Shown: positions 7,076-15,841, counted from the stretch's first letter. The stretch: DNA of 15,885 nt from Candidatus Nanohalobium sp. (GCA_042216335.1 JBDGTY010000023.1:44528-60412), one strand, 5' to 3'. Numbers and translations are program-made. The notes: generated from the sequence alone by a model not told the origin.

Positions 7076-9556
7076 ATGAAGAAGATTCAAGAACTTGACT
7101 TCGGGGTTATGAGCGCGGAAAAGCTCCAGAACATCGCAGTAAAGGAGATCGATCAGGCTGAAGTCTACGACGCAGACGGATACCCTGTCGAGGACGGAGT
7201 AATGGACCCTGCGCTAGGAGTCATCGACCCAGGGATGACCTGCCAGACATGCGGCGGAAAAATCCGGGAATGCAAGGGACACTTTGGACTGATTACGCTC
7301 AGCCGCCCGGTCGTACACGTACTCTACGCAAAAAAGGTCAGAAACCTTCTCAGGTTCACCAACGTCCACGATGACGGCAGCGTTTCCTGCCTCCTGAAGG
7401 ACGAGGACAAGAGTTTGAGAAAGTCAAACAGGATGACAGAAGACCCTGAGACAGGTGAAGAAGTACCTGACATCGACTTCGAGAAACCTTACACATACTA
7501 CCAGGACGGGGAGAAAATCAAGCCCCAGGAGATCCAGAAATGGCTAAAGCAGATACCAGACGAAATGGCAGCCAAGCTAGGCGTAGAGGGCTGTCGTCCG
7601 GAAGACCTGATCCTTACGCATCTTCCGGTTCCACCGGTAACGATGCGTCCATCCATCACACTGGAGACAGGAGAGAGATCGGAGGACGACATCACTCACA
7701 AGCTGGTCGATGTTATCAGGATCAACAAGCGGCTGCAGAACAACATCGAAATCGAGGCTCCCGACTTCATCATTGACGATCTCCATGAACTACTGCAGTA
7801 CCACGTCGCAACACTGTTCTACAACGACATGAGTAGCGTGCCACCGGCGAGACACAGGTCAGGGCGTTCGCTTAAATCTTTAATTGAAAGAGTCCAGGGC
7901 AAGGAAGGCCGTTTCAGACAGAACCTGATCGGTAAACGTGTCAACTTCTCCGCCCGTACAGTGATCTCGCCGGATCCTAACATAGGGATCAACGAGGTCG
8001 GAGTGCCGCGGATGGTGTCGAAGAAACTAACCATCCCGGTCAAGATCACTGAGAGAAACTACGAGAAAGCAATGGAATGGATTGAGAACGGGCCAGACAC
8101 GCATCCTGGTGCGAACTATGTCTTCCAGCCGGATGGAAACAGGAGAAGACTAACCGAAGAGAACCTTGAAGAAATCCAGGAAGCTATCGAGCCAGGACAG
8201 GGATGGAAGGTCGAAAGACACATCAAGGACGGCGACACAGTACTATTCAACCGGCAGCCATCTCTCCACCGTATGTCCATAATGGCCCACAAGGTCAAGG
8301 TCCTTCCTCACAGGACTTTCCGACTGAACCTGAACGTATGCGCACCTTACAACGCAGACTTCGACGGAGACGAGATGAACCTACATGTACCGCAGACAGA
8401 AGAAGCCCGTGCAGAAGCAGAGGAGCTTATGCAGGTCCAGGAGCACATCAAGTCACCAAAAATGGGTGGACCAATCGTGGGCATGCTGCAGGACTACGTA
8501 TCAGGACTCTACCTGCTGACACAGCCTGATAAAACCATAAGCAGGGAGAAAGCGTTCAACCTGATCACGGATGCAGGTGAACACGAGAAAGACCTACCTG
8601 AAGGAGAGGAGATCTCCGGAAGAGACCTTGTCTCGATCTTCATACCAGATGATATCTCCCTGACGATCAATGAGGGAGAAGAAAATGAAGTTGTAATAGA
8701 TAACGGAAAACTCAAGAAAGGTGTTCTGGACGAAGACGCACTCGGAGACTACGGAGGAGAAATCATCCAGCAGCTCTCAATCGAATACGGAAGTGACAAG
8801 GTTGCAGAGTTCCTCAACCGTGTCTCCAGAGTAGGAGCCATCTTCCTGACCAAGAGAGGTTTCAGCATCGGACTCGAGGATCTCGAAGTACCGGATGAAG
8901 CGACGGAAGAGATCAAGGAGGTCATCGAGGACTCGCTTGAGGACACTGAGGAACTTCTACAGGAGTATGAGAAAGGAAAGATGGAAGCCATTACGGGAAA
9001 GTCGGTCGAGGAATCCCGCGAAATCAGGATCACCAAGGCACTGAACGAGGCGTTCACAGAGGTCTCGGACATAATCGGCGACCAGTTCGACGAAGAATCC
9101 TCAGCCTACGTCATGGCCGACTCAGGAGCCAGAGGATCGATGCAGAACGTAACGACGATGGCAGGAATGCTCGGACAGAACTCTGTACGTGACACAAGGA
9201 TCGTCAGAGGATACAAGGAGAGGACTCTCAGCCACTTCAAGAAAGGAGAGCTCTCCGCCAAGTCACGTGGATTCGTGTCCTCCAGCATCCTGGAAGGACT
9301 GGACGCACAGGAGATGTTCTTCCACCAGATGAGCCAGAGGAAGGCTCTCGCCGACAAGTCACTGAACACCAAGACATCCGGATACATGTACAGACGTGTC
9401 TCAAACGCACTCCAGGATCTCAAGGTCGAGTACGACCAGACGGTCAGGAACGCACAGGGAGACATCGTACAGTTCCGTGCAGGAGAGGACGGCATAGATC
9501 CGCAGAAGTCCGACAGAGGTAAAATCTCGACAAACATCTCCACAGACCAGAGCTAG
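7076..9556 (+). CDS. rpoA1: DNA-directed RNA polymerase subunit Rpo1N (A')
   Basis: CQTC..C.GHFG, LPVPP..RPS, GKEGRFRQNL.GKRVNFSARTVISPDP, NRQPSLHR, catalytic NADFDGD at 8351-8371. Start set at ATG 7076 because the GTG at 7067 is part of the SD (AGGTG). Confidence 0.97.
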   Translation: MKKIQELDFGVMSAEKLQNIAVKEIDQAEVYDADGYPVEDGVMDPALGVIDPGMTCQTCGGKIRECKGHFGLITLSRPVVHVLYAKKVRNLLRFTNVHDDGSVSCLLKDEDKSLRKSNRMTEDPETGEEVPDIDFEKPYTYYQDGEKIKPQEIQKWLKQIPDEMAAKLGVEGCRPEDLILTHLPVPPVTMRPSITLETGERSEDDITHKLVDVIRINKRLQNNIEIEAPDFIIDDLHELLQYHVATLFYNDMSSVPPARHRSGRSLKSLIERVQGKEGRFRQNLIGKRVNFSARTVISPDPNIGINEVGVPRMVSKKLTIPVKITERNYEKAMEWIENGPDTHPGANYVFQPDGNRRRLTEENLEEIQEAIEPGQGWKVERHIKDGDTVLFNRQPSLHRMSIMAHKVKVLPHRTFRLNLNVCAPYNADFDGDEMNLHVPQTEEARAEAEELMQVQEHIKSPKMGGPIVGMLQDYVSGLYLLTQPDKTISREKAFNLITDAGEHEKDLPEGEEISGRDLVSIFIPDDISLTINEGEENEVVIDNGKLKKGVLDEDALGDYGGEIIQQLSIEYGSDKVAEFLNRVSRVGAIFLTKRGFSIGLEDLEVPDEATEEIKEVIEDSLEDTEELLQEYEKGKMEAITGKSVEESREIRITKALNEAFTEVSDIIGDQFDEESSAYVMADSGARGSMQNVTTMAGMLGQNSVRDTRIVRGYKERTLSHFKKGELSAKSRGFVSSSILEGLDAQEMFFHQMSQRKALADKSLNTKTSGYMYRRVSNALQDLKVEYDQTVRNAQGDIVQFRAGEDGIDPQKSDRGKISTNISTDQS

Positions 9557-9568
9557 AGGTGAGCAAAA

Positions 9569-10684
9569 ATGAGCGAAGAACTACACTGGAAGGATAGGAC
9601 GGACGAGCTACCTGAGAAGTATCAGGGGCTTGGCCTGACAGATGAAACAAGGGAAAAACTTCAGCAAAGATACGAGCAGATGCAGTACGAGCCAGGAGAG
9701 GCTATCGGGATCGTGGCTGCGCAGTCCATCTCCGAGCCTGCTACACAGTTGACTATGGAGACGTACCACCAGGCTGGTGGAGCGCAGGTATCTCTTACCG
9801 CTGGTCTACCGCGTCTGATTGAGATCGTTGACGCACGTAGAGAGCCGGACACTCCATCCATGGAAGTATACCTCACTGAGGAATACAACGACAAGGAAGG
9901 CGCAAAGGAAGTAGCCCGGAAACTCAGAGAAGTCAAGTTCGAGGACCTGGTGAAGCAGGACACTCTCGACATCATGCAGCTTGAAGTCGAGTTCGTGCTG
10001 AATCAGGACCTGCTTGACGACTACGACGTCGATATGGAGGATGTCAGGCAGAGAGTCAAGGATGAAGTCAGGAAGGCCAAAGTGACGATCGACGACAACA
10101 AGATTATATTGGAGTCCTCGGAAGACGACTACGACCTCAGGGATCTGAAGGACCTGAAGAACGATACGGAGGAAGCAAGGATCAAGGGATTGAAGGGTAT
10201 CGAGCAGGTTGTTATCAACGAGGATGACGGAGAATGGCAGCTTCAGACAGCCGGAACCGCACTGAGAAAAACCCTGAAAATGTCGGAAGTCGATGCTGAC
10301 AGGACCACCTCCAACCACCTGTTCGAGGTCAAAAGGGTTCTCGGTATCGAGGCCCTGCGTAGAAAGATCATCGACGAAGTCAACGAGACACTGGAGAAGC
10401 AGGGAATCGGCATCGACGACCGACACATCATGCTCCTCGCAGACATGATGACACGAGAAGGAGAGCTACAGGGAACCACAAGATACGGCCTGGTCGGAGA
10501 GAAAGACTCGCTGCTGGCCAGAGCTGTCTTCGAGGAGACGAAGAAGCACCTGCGTGAAGGAACCCTCAGAGGAGAGAACGACCCACTCGAAGGAGTAGTC
10601 GAGAACATCGTGACCGGGCAGCCTGTTCCTGTTGGAACTGGCGCGGTCGATTTAAAGCCTAAATTCGGGGGCGAGGAGGAGTGA
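9569..10684 (+). CDS. rpoA2: DNA-directed RNA polymerase subunit Rpo1C (A'')
   Basis: [90 protein letters not shown]. Confidence 0.97.
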   Translation: MSEELHWKDRTDELPEKYQGLGLTDETREKLQQRYEQMQYEPGEAIGIVAAQSISEPATQLTMETYHQAGGAQVSLTAGLPRLIEIVDARREPDTPSMEVYLTEEYNDKEGAKEVARKLREVKFEDLVKQDTLDIMQLEVEFVLNQDLLDDYDVDMEDVRQRVKDEVRKAKVTIDDNKIILESSEDDYDLRDLKDLKNDTEEARIKGLKGIEQVVINEDDGEWQLQTAGTALRKTLKMSEVDADRTTSNHLFEVKRVLGIEALRRKIIDEVNETLEKQGIGIDDRHIMLLADMMTREGELQGTTRYGLVGEKDSLLARAVFEETKKHLREGTLRGENDPLEGVVENIVTGQPVPVGTGAVDLKPKFGGEEE

Positions 10685-10768
10685 ACCTCCTTCCCATTTA
10701 TAAAATCAGGGGACTATTTTGTTTACACGCAAAGAACGTAAGTTTCTCATTTTAACGTGATCAATTAG

Positions 10769-11191
10769 ATGGCAACAGCAACGTACGACACAGAAATGAT
10801 CCGCACCCTCAACATGTTCGAATCCATGACAGATGTGGAAGCCAGAGACTGCATGATGAAGGAAGATGAAGCATACTTCATCGTACCGGAAGGAAAAGCA
10901 GGCATGGCCATAGGGAAAGGCGGAAAAGTAGTCAAAAAAGTCCAGGACCAGCTAGGAAAAGATGTCAAGATATTCGAATACAAAGACAATCTGGGAGCAT
11001 TCGTCAACAACCTAGTCTCAGTAGACATCAGAAGCCTCGACATAGAAGACGATGAAGACGGCAAAAGAGTCGAGATCAACGTATCCGATGACAACAAGGG
11101 AAGACTAGTCGGCAGAGACGGAGAAAACATCGATGCCATCAGAGATATCTTGAAGAGAACTCACAACGTCGACGAAGTCACAGTTAAATAG
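10769..11191 (+). CDS. nusA: Archaeal NusA-like transcription factor (KH domains)
   Basis: FESMTDVEARDC, GMAIGKGG, KGRLVGRDGENI; conserved position after rpo1''. Confidence 0.95.
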   Translation: MATATYDTEMIRTLNMFESMTDVEARDCMMKEDEAYFIVPEGKAGMAIGKGGKVVKKVQDQLGKDVKIFEYKDNLGAFVNNLVSVDIRSLDIEDDEDGKRVEINVSDDNKGRLVGRDGENIDAIRDILKRTHNVDEVTVK

Positions 11192-11319
11192 AATTTTTAA
11201 CTTTCCTAACTTTCATCTCTCAACTCCCCGGAAGACAGTTTCTCAGATAATCTCTAACCTTATTCAACTAACTACACCTAACCCCGGCAAACCGTTCCGG
11301 GCGGGCGTTGTCATTCACC

Positions 11320-11326
11320 ATATAAA
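11320..11326 (+). promoter_or_regulatory. Putative TATA box for rps12
   Basis: ATATAAA about 25-31 nt upstream of ATG 11351, consistent with a leaderless start. Confidence 0.45.
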
Positions 11327-11350
11327 AAACTTAAGTTCATGCTTGTGGAT

Positions 11351-11773
11351 ATGGGATTGTACAACGCACGTAAGATGCGGAAGAACCGCCAGCAGTACAG
11401 ATGGAGTGACAAGGATTACAAGCGAAGGATGCTGAACCTGAAAGAGAAGGCAGACCCTCTAGAGGGATCACCTCAGGGAAGGGGAATCGTACTAGAGAAA
11501 AGAATTATCGAAGCAAAGCAGCCTAACTCCGCATTGCGTAAATGTGTGCGTGTACAGCTTCTCAAAAACGGTAAACAGTTGACAGCTTTCGTTCCAGGAG
11601 ACGGAGCCATCGACCACATCGACGAACACGACGAAGTACTTATCGAGGGAATCGGTGGAGCGGACTCCGGGCCGAAGGGAGACATCCCAACAGTTCGTTA
11701 CAAGGTCATCAAGGTAAACGGTGTAAGCCTGAAGGAACTGGTCGCTGGAAATCAGCAGAAGCCAACACGGTGA
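11351..11773 (+). CDS. rps12: 30S ribosomal protein S12 (uS12)
   Basis: [57 protein letters not shown]. Alternative start at 11339. Confidence 0.98.
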   Translation: MGLYNARKMRKNRQQYRWSDKDYKRRMLNLKEKADPLEGSPQGRGIVLEKRIIEAKQPNSALRKCVRVQLLKNGKQLTAFVPGDGAIDHIDEHDEVLIEGIGGADSGPKGDIPTVRYKVIKVNGVSLKELVAGNQQKPTR

Positions 11774-11780
11774 TTATAAG

Positions 11781-12407
11781 ATGAGTAATGTAGCAGAGAT
11801 CGAAGTAGAGGACAAGATTCTCACATTCGGAAAATACGATGCAGAAGAAGTAGAAGTGAATGATGACGGCCTGGTCCGGTACATTAACCTTGAGAACATC
11901 CTTACTCCGAGAAGCAAGGGAAGACATACTGAGAGACAGTTCTACAAGGCCGACGTACCTATCACGGAAAGACTCCTCACACACATGTACGTCGCAGGCC
12001 ACAGAGGAAACAAACACTACATCACCTCCGGCCACAATGCAGGACAGAGCGAAAAACTCTGGAACATGATCGAGGAAGTATTCGACAACATCCACGAAGA
12101 GACGGGAGAGAACCCGATCCAGGTACTTGTCGATGCGATCGAGAACTCTGCACCCGTAGAAGAAGTAGTCACATACCAGAGAGGAGGCGCAAGAGCACGT
12201 AAAGCAGTCATCATGAGCCCTCAAAGAAGAGTAGATGTAGCACTGAGACTTCTTGTTCAGGGCGCATACGAGAAAAGGCTCGCTGAATCAGAAGACGCAG
12301 TCGAAACTCTAACCAACGAGCTCATCGGTGCAGCAGACGGCAACAACGAAATCAGAGCCGTTCGAACCAAAGAGCGTAAAGAGCGAGAGGCAGAAGGTGC
12401 TCGATAA
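11781..12407 (+). CDS. rps7: 30S ribosomal protein S7 (uS7)
   Basis: FGKYD...V.D.GL..YI, TGENPIQVLVDAIENSAP.EE, SPQRRVD.ALR, KERKEREA; SD GGTGA overlaps the rps12 stop. Confidence 0.97.
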   Translation: MSNVAEIEVEDKILTFGKYDAEEVEVNDDGLVRYINLENILTPRSKGRHTERQFYKADVPITERLLTHMYVAGHRGNKHYITSGHNAGQSEKLWNMIEEVFDNIHEETGENPIQVLVDAIENSAPVEEVVTYQRGGARARKAVIMSPQRRVDVALRLLVQGAYEKRLAESEDAVETLTNELIGAADGNNEIRAVRTKERKEREAEGAR

Positions 12408-12484
12408 ATAACATATCTAACAGGCATTATCTTCACCTCCAACTTTCCCTTTCTATTAAGTACATCTGCTCTAAACTTCCTGAT

Positions 12485-12844
12485 ATGGACAGGGAGAAAT
12501 GGCTGAAGGTCGAGATATCTGTTGTTGCAGCCATATTTCTTACAAGGGCCGTGATCGGGGTTTACAATACTACTGTAAGCGATGCAGTCACTGGAAGTCC
12601 AGCAGAGGCTATCTTCCCGACCTTAATACTGAGCATAGGCTTCGCATTTATAGCCCGTGGCATGGTTGAGAGGAACGCCTGGGGATTCGTGGGAGGCCTG
12701 GTAGGAGCTTCCGGACTACTTGTATCGGACTTCCTATTCACGGCAGCAGGATATCCCCAGCCACTGGCGGAGTTCACAATCGACATACTGGTGATCATGT
12801 ACCTGGCGTACCGCAGGGACGAGTTCAATAAAAGCCTGAGTTAG
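12485..12844 (+). CDS. Hypothetical membrane protein (about 4 TM helices)
   Basis: 119 aa with four hydrophobic stretches; TATTAAG at 12454-12460 about 25-31 nt upstream; downstream hairpin plus T tract. Confidence 0.8.
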   Translation: MDREKWLKVEISVVAAIFLTRAVIGVYNTTVSDAVTGSPAEAIFPTLILSIGFAFIARGMVERNAWGFVGGLVGASGLLVSDFLFTAAGYPQPLAEFTIDILVIMYLAYRRDEFNKSLS

Positions 12845-12877
12845 AGCCGGAGAGGAAAACAGGCTCTGCCCTTTTTT
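12843..12877 (+). terminator. Putative terminator (hairpin plus T6)
   Basis: AGAGCC (12843-48)/GGCTCT (12862-67) followed by TTTTTT (12872-77), which runs into a TTTAAA that may be the EF-2 TATA box. Confidence 0.45.
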
Positions 12878-12923
12878 AAATCTTGCAAGAGGATTTCTAG
12901 TTATAAACTTGGTGAAATTTTAA

Positions 12924-15107
12924 ATGTCAGACGAGCTTGACGCAATAAAAGGCGTAATCGAGGATCCTGAGCACATCAGAAACATCGCTATAGCAGCCCA
13001 CATCGACCACGGAAAAACGACGTTAACAGACAATCTCCTGGCCCGAGCAGGCATGATTTCAGACAAACTTGCCGGAGATCAACGCTTTATGGATTTCGAC
13101 GACCAGGAGGCAGAGAGAGGAATCACTATCTACTCTGCAAACATCTCGATGGTCCACGAATTCGACGGAGAGGATTACCTTGTCAACCTTATCGACACCC
13201 CAGGGCACGTTGACTTCGGAGGAGACGTAACACGTGCTATGCGTGCTGTCGACGGAGTAGTAGTACTTGTCGATGCTGTCGACGGTGTAATGCCTCAGAC
13301 AGAGACAGTCATGGAACAGGCACTGAAAGAAGGCGTCAAGCCAGTACTGTTCATCAACAAGATCGACCGCCTAATCGAAGAGATGCAGCTGACACCTGAA
13401 GAGATGCAGGAAAGATTCAAGGAGATCATCAGAGGAGTTAACGCAGCTTTGAGAAAGTACGCTGATGAAGAAACAGCAGAGGAATGGAAGATGAGTGTAG
13501 AAGACGGAACAGTTGCGTTCGGTTCCGCACTGATGAACTGGGCGATCTCCATGCCTTACATGCAGAAGACGGGGATAGACTTCGGAACATTGATCGAAAG
13601 AGTAAACGACGGAGACCACGAAGGACTGAGAGACGACGTACCGATCGAGGAAGTAGTACTCGACATGGTTGTAAAGCACCTTGTCAACCCACGTGAGTCG
13701 GCCGAGTGGAGGATTCCAAAGGTATGGCCTGGCGACGTAGAGACCGAAGTCGGACAGGACATGATGCAGCACGACCAGGACGGAAGAACGGTCGGAGTCG
13801 TTACAAACGTCGAAGACGACGAACACGCAGGAACCATCGCAACAGCAAGACTATTCTCCGGAACAGTACACGAAGGAGACGAACTATACGGAATAGGTTC
13901 ACAGAAGACGGAGAGAGCACAGCAGGTCGGAATCTACTCTGGACCACGTAAGCTTACAGTTGACAGTGTTCCGTGTGGAAACATCGCCGCGATCACAGGA
14001 CCGGACTTCTCAACAGGAGAGACGTTCATCCTTGACGGCGAGGAAGAAATCCAGCCTTTCGAACAGATCGAACACGTTTTCGAGCCTGTTGTTACAAAGT
14101 CGATCGAACCTAAGAGAACAAGCGACCTTCCAAAGCTGATAGAGACTCTCAGAAAAAGAGCGAAGGAAGACAACACCATCAAGGTAGACATCGACGAGGA
14201 GACAGGAGAGACCCTGGTTTCAGGGCTCGGAGAGCTTCACATCGAGGCAAAGATCGAAAGACATCTTGAAGAGAAAGGGATCGACATCAACGTCTCCGAT
14301 CCGATCGTTGTCTTCAGGGAAGGTATCGAAGACGAATCCCCCACAGTTACGGGAAAGTCTCCGAACCGGCACAACCAGCTTGAGATCTCCGTCGAACCTA
14401 TCGACGAAGAAGTCAGGAAGTTCCTCAAGGAGGACTACGAGCAGCTCAAGATGGAGGCCGACGACGAGACAGAGGTCAGAGATGCTCTCGTTGAACACGG
14501 CCTTGATCAGGACGAGGCAGACAACATCATGGATGCCTACGAGGAGAACCTGTTCATCAACGCATCCAGAGGTATCAAGAACCTGAGAGAGATCCAGGAA
14601 TACCTGGTCGACGCTTTCCACGAGTTCTGTGACGAGGGACCAATGGCAGGAGAACCAGTAATCGGTTTGAAGGTAAAACTTCACGATGCAAGCCTGCACG
14701 AAGACGCAATCCACAGAGGACCAAGCCAGATGGTCCCATGTACCAAGGACGCCATCAAGAGAGGCTTCCTGCAGAGTACTCCAAGGATGATCGAACCAGT
14801 CAGAATCCTGCGCATTGACGTTCCTACCGATGTGATGGGAGACGCAATGACAGAAGTAAGCAACAGGAGAGGAGACGTACTCGACATGGAAGAGGAAGGC
14901 GACTCCACGATCCTCCGCTGCAAGGTACCGGTCGCAGAGATGTTTGGATTCGAGGCCGCACTCAAGGGAGCAACCAACGGAAAAGGCTTCTACAACCCGA
15001 AGGATATGATCTTCGAAGCGATGCCGATGAACCTGCAGGAAGAAAAGATCATGGAGATCAGAGAGAGGAAGGGAATGAAGCAGGAGATGCCAAGCCTAGA
15101 GGAATAA
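12924..15107 (+). CDS. fusA: Translation elongation factor aEF-2
   Basis: IRNIAIAAHIDHGKTT, ERGITI, NLIDTPGHVDF, INKIDR, GLGELH, KSPNRHN, diphthamide-site HEDAIHRGPSQ; SD GGTGA. Confidence 0.98.
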   Translation: MSDELDAIKGVIEDPEHIRNIAIAAHIDHGKTTLTDNLLARAGMISDKLAGDQRFMDFDDQEAERGITIYSANISMVHEFDGEDYLVNLIDTPGHVDFGGDVTRAMRAVDGVVVLVDAVDGVMPQTETVMEQALKEGVKPVLFINKIDRLIEEMQLTPEEMQERFKEIIRGVNAALRKYADEETAEEWKMSVEDGTVAFGSALMNWAISMPYMQKTGIDFGTLIERVNDGDHEGLRDDVPIEEVVLDMVVKHLVNPRESAEWRIPKVWPGDVETEVGQDMMQHDQDGRTVGVVTNVEDDEHAGTIATARLFSGTVHEGDELYGIGSQKTERAQQVGIYSGPRKLTVDSVPCGNIAAITGPDFSTGETFILDGEEEIQPFEQIEHVFEPVVTKSIEPKRTSDLPKLIETLRKRAKEDNTIKVDIDEETGETLVSGLGELHIEAKIERHLEEKGIDINVSDPIVVFREGIEDESPTVTGKSPNRHNQLEISVEPIDEEVRKFLKEDYEQLKMEADDETEVRDALVEHGLDQDEADNIMDAYEENLFINASRGIKNLREIQEYLVDAFHEFCDEGPMAGEPVIGLKVKLHDASLHEDAIHRGPSQMVPCTKDAIKRGFLQSTPRMIEPVRILRIDVPTDVMGDAMTEVSNRRGDVLDMEEEGDSTILRCKVPVAEMFGFEAALKGATNGKGFYNPKDMIFEAMPMNLQEEKIMEIRERKGMKQEMPSLEE

Positions 15108-15109
15108 CA

Positions 15110-15139
15110 GAAACTCTTCGAGTTTCGAATAAATTTTTT
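15110..15139 (+). terminator. Putative terminator after EF-2
   Basis: GAAACTC-TTC-GAGTTTC hairpin (15110-15126), T6 at 15134-15139, then a long pyrimidine-rich tract. Confidence 0.6.
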
Positions 15140-15198
15140 CTCTCATTTTCCTTATTCCTCTTATATTTCCTATCATAGCTGATCAGATTCCAAAAGTT

Positions 15199-15232
15199 CT
15201 TAAAATATGAATCAGATATGAATTCTATGAGT
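15199..15232 (+). promoter_or_regulatory. Putative TA-operon TATA box and direct-repeat operator
   Basis: CTTAAAA 28 nt before ATG 15227; ATATGAAT at 15205-15212 and 15216-15223, degenerate CTATGAGT at 15225-15232. Confidence 0.5.
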
Positions 15233-15493
15233 TCGGTTACACGGAAGGTCGGCGAGCGAGGCCAGGTCACCATTCCGAAAGACATCCGGGAGAAGGAGAA
15301 CATCCGGAGCGGCGACGAAGTCGAGTTCCACGACGAAGACGGAAAAGTGACTATAAAGAAGAAAGTAGACCTGGAAGAACGATTGAAGGAAGGTTACAAG
15401 GCGATGGCCGAGAAGAGCCAGAAGATGTCCGAAGAGATGCTGAACGCATCCTCAGAGGCGATCGAGGAGCTGGACAAAGATGGAAGTAAGTAG
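15227..15493 (+). CDS. mazE: AbrB/MazE/SpoVT-family antitoxin
   Basis: RKVGERGQVTIPKDIRE..NI..GDEVEF; C-terminal LKEGYKAMAE helix; overlaps the toxin gene. Alternative start at 15218. Confidence 0.92.
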   Translation: MSSVTRKVGERGQVTIPKDIREKENIRSGDEVEFHDEDGKVTIKKKVDLEERLKEGYKAMAEKSQKMSEEMLNASSEAIEELDKDGSK

Positions 15494-15824
15494 AGGAGAT
15501 ATTGTACTAACCGATCTCGATCCTGAGAAAGGTTCGGAGCAGGGCAAGACGAGGCCGACACTGGTCATCCAGAACGACACAGGAAACAGGCATTCTCCGA
15601 CAACCATAATAGCTCCTTTGACAAGCAGCTACACCCAGATATACCCAACGGACGTAGAACTGAAGACTGAGAACGAGGATGTAGATAAAGACAGGAAAGT
15701 GATGCTGAACCAGATCGCCACGGTCGACATAGACTCCAGAGTAGAGAAGAAACTGGGAGAAATAAGCAGTTCAAAAATGAGAAAAGTCGATGAAGCCATA
15801 AAAATCAGTCTAGGCCTGAAATAA
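15480..15824 (+). CDS. mazF: PemK/MazF-family endoribonuclease toxin
   Basis: RGDIV..DLDP..GSEQGKTRP.LVIQND.GN..SPTTIIAPLTS...QI.TVD..R....G...VDEAIKISLGL. Confidence 0.96.
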   Translation: MEVSRGDIVLTDLDPEKGSEQGKTRPTLVIQNDTGNRHSPTTIIAPLTSSYTQIYPTDVELKTENEDVDKDRKVMLNQIATVDIDSRVEKKLGEISSSKMRKVDEAIKISLGLK

Positions 15825-15841
15825 AGAGGTTTAACCTTAAG

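Noticed and set aside
3668..10684. Inteins or frameshifts in the RNAP genes; split rpoB and rpoA as a novelty
   Set aside because: Subunit lengths are normal to short with no intein motifs, and the B''/B' and A'/A'' splits fall at the positions known in archaea.
14692..14730. Possible loss of the EF-2 diphthamide site
   Set aside because: The HEDAIHRGPSQ motif is canonical.
3730..15303. Many 60-206 aa antisense or alternate-frame ORFs overlapping rpo, rps and fusA (e.g. 9806..10426, 14220..14714)
   Set aside because: They overlap highly conserved genes, show the S/L/V-rich composition expected from antisense reading of GAR/GAY-rich codons, and have no recognisable domains.
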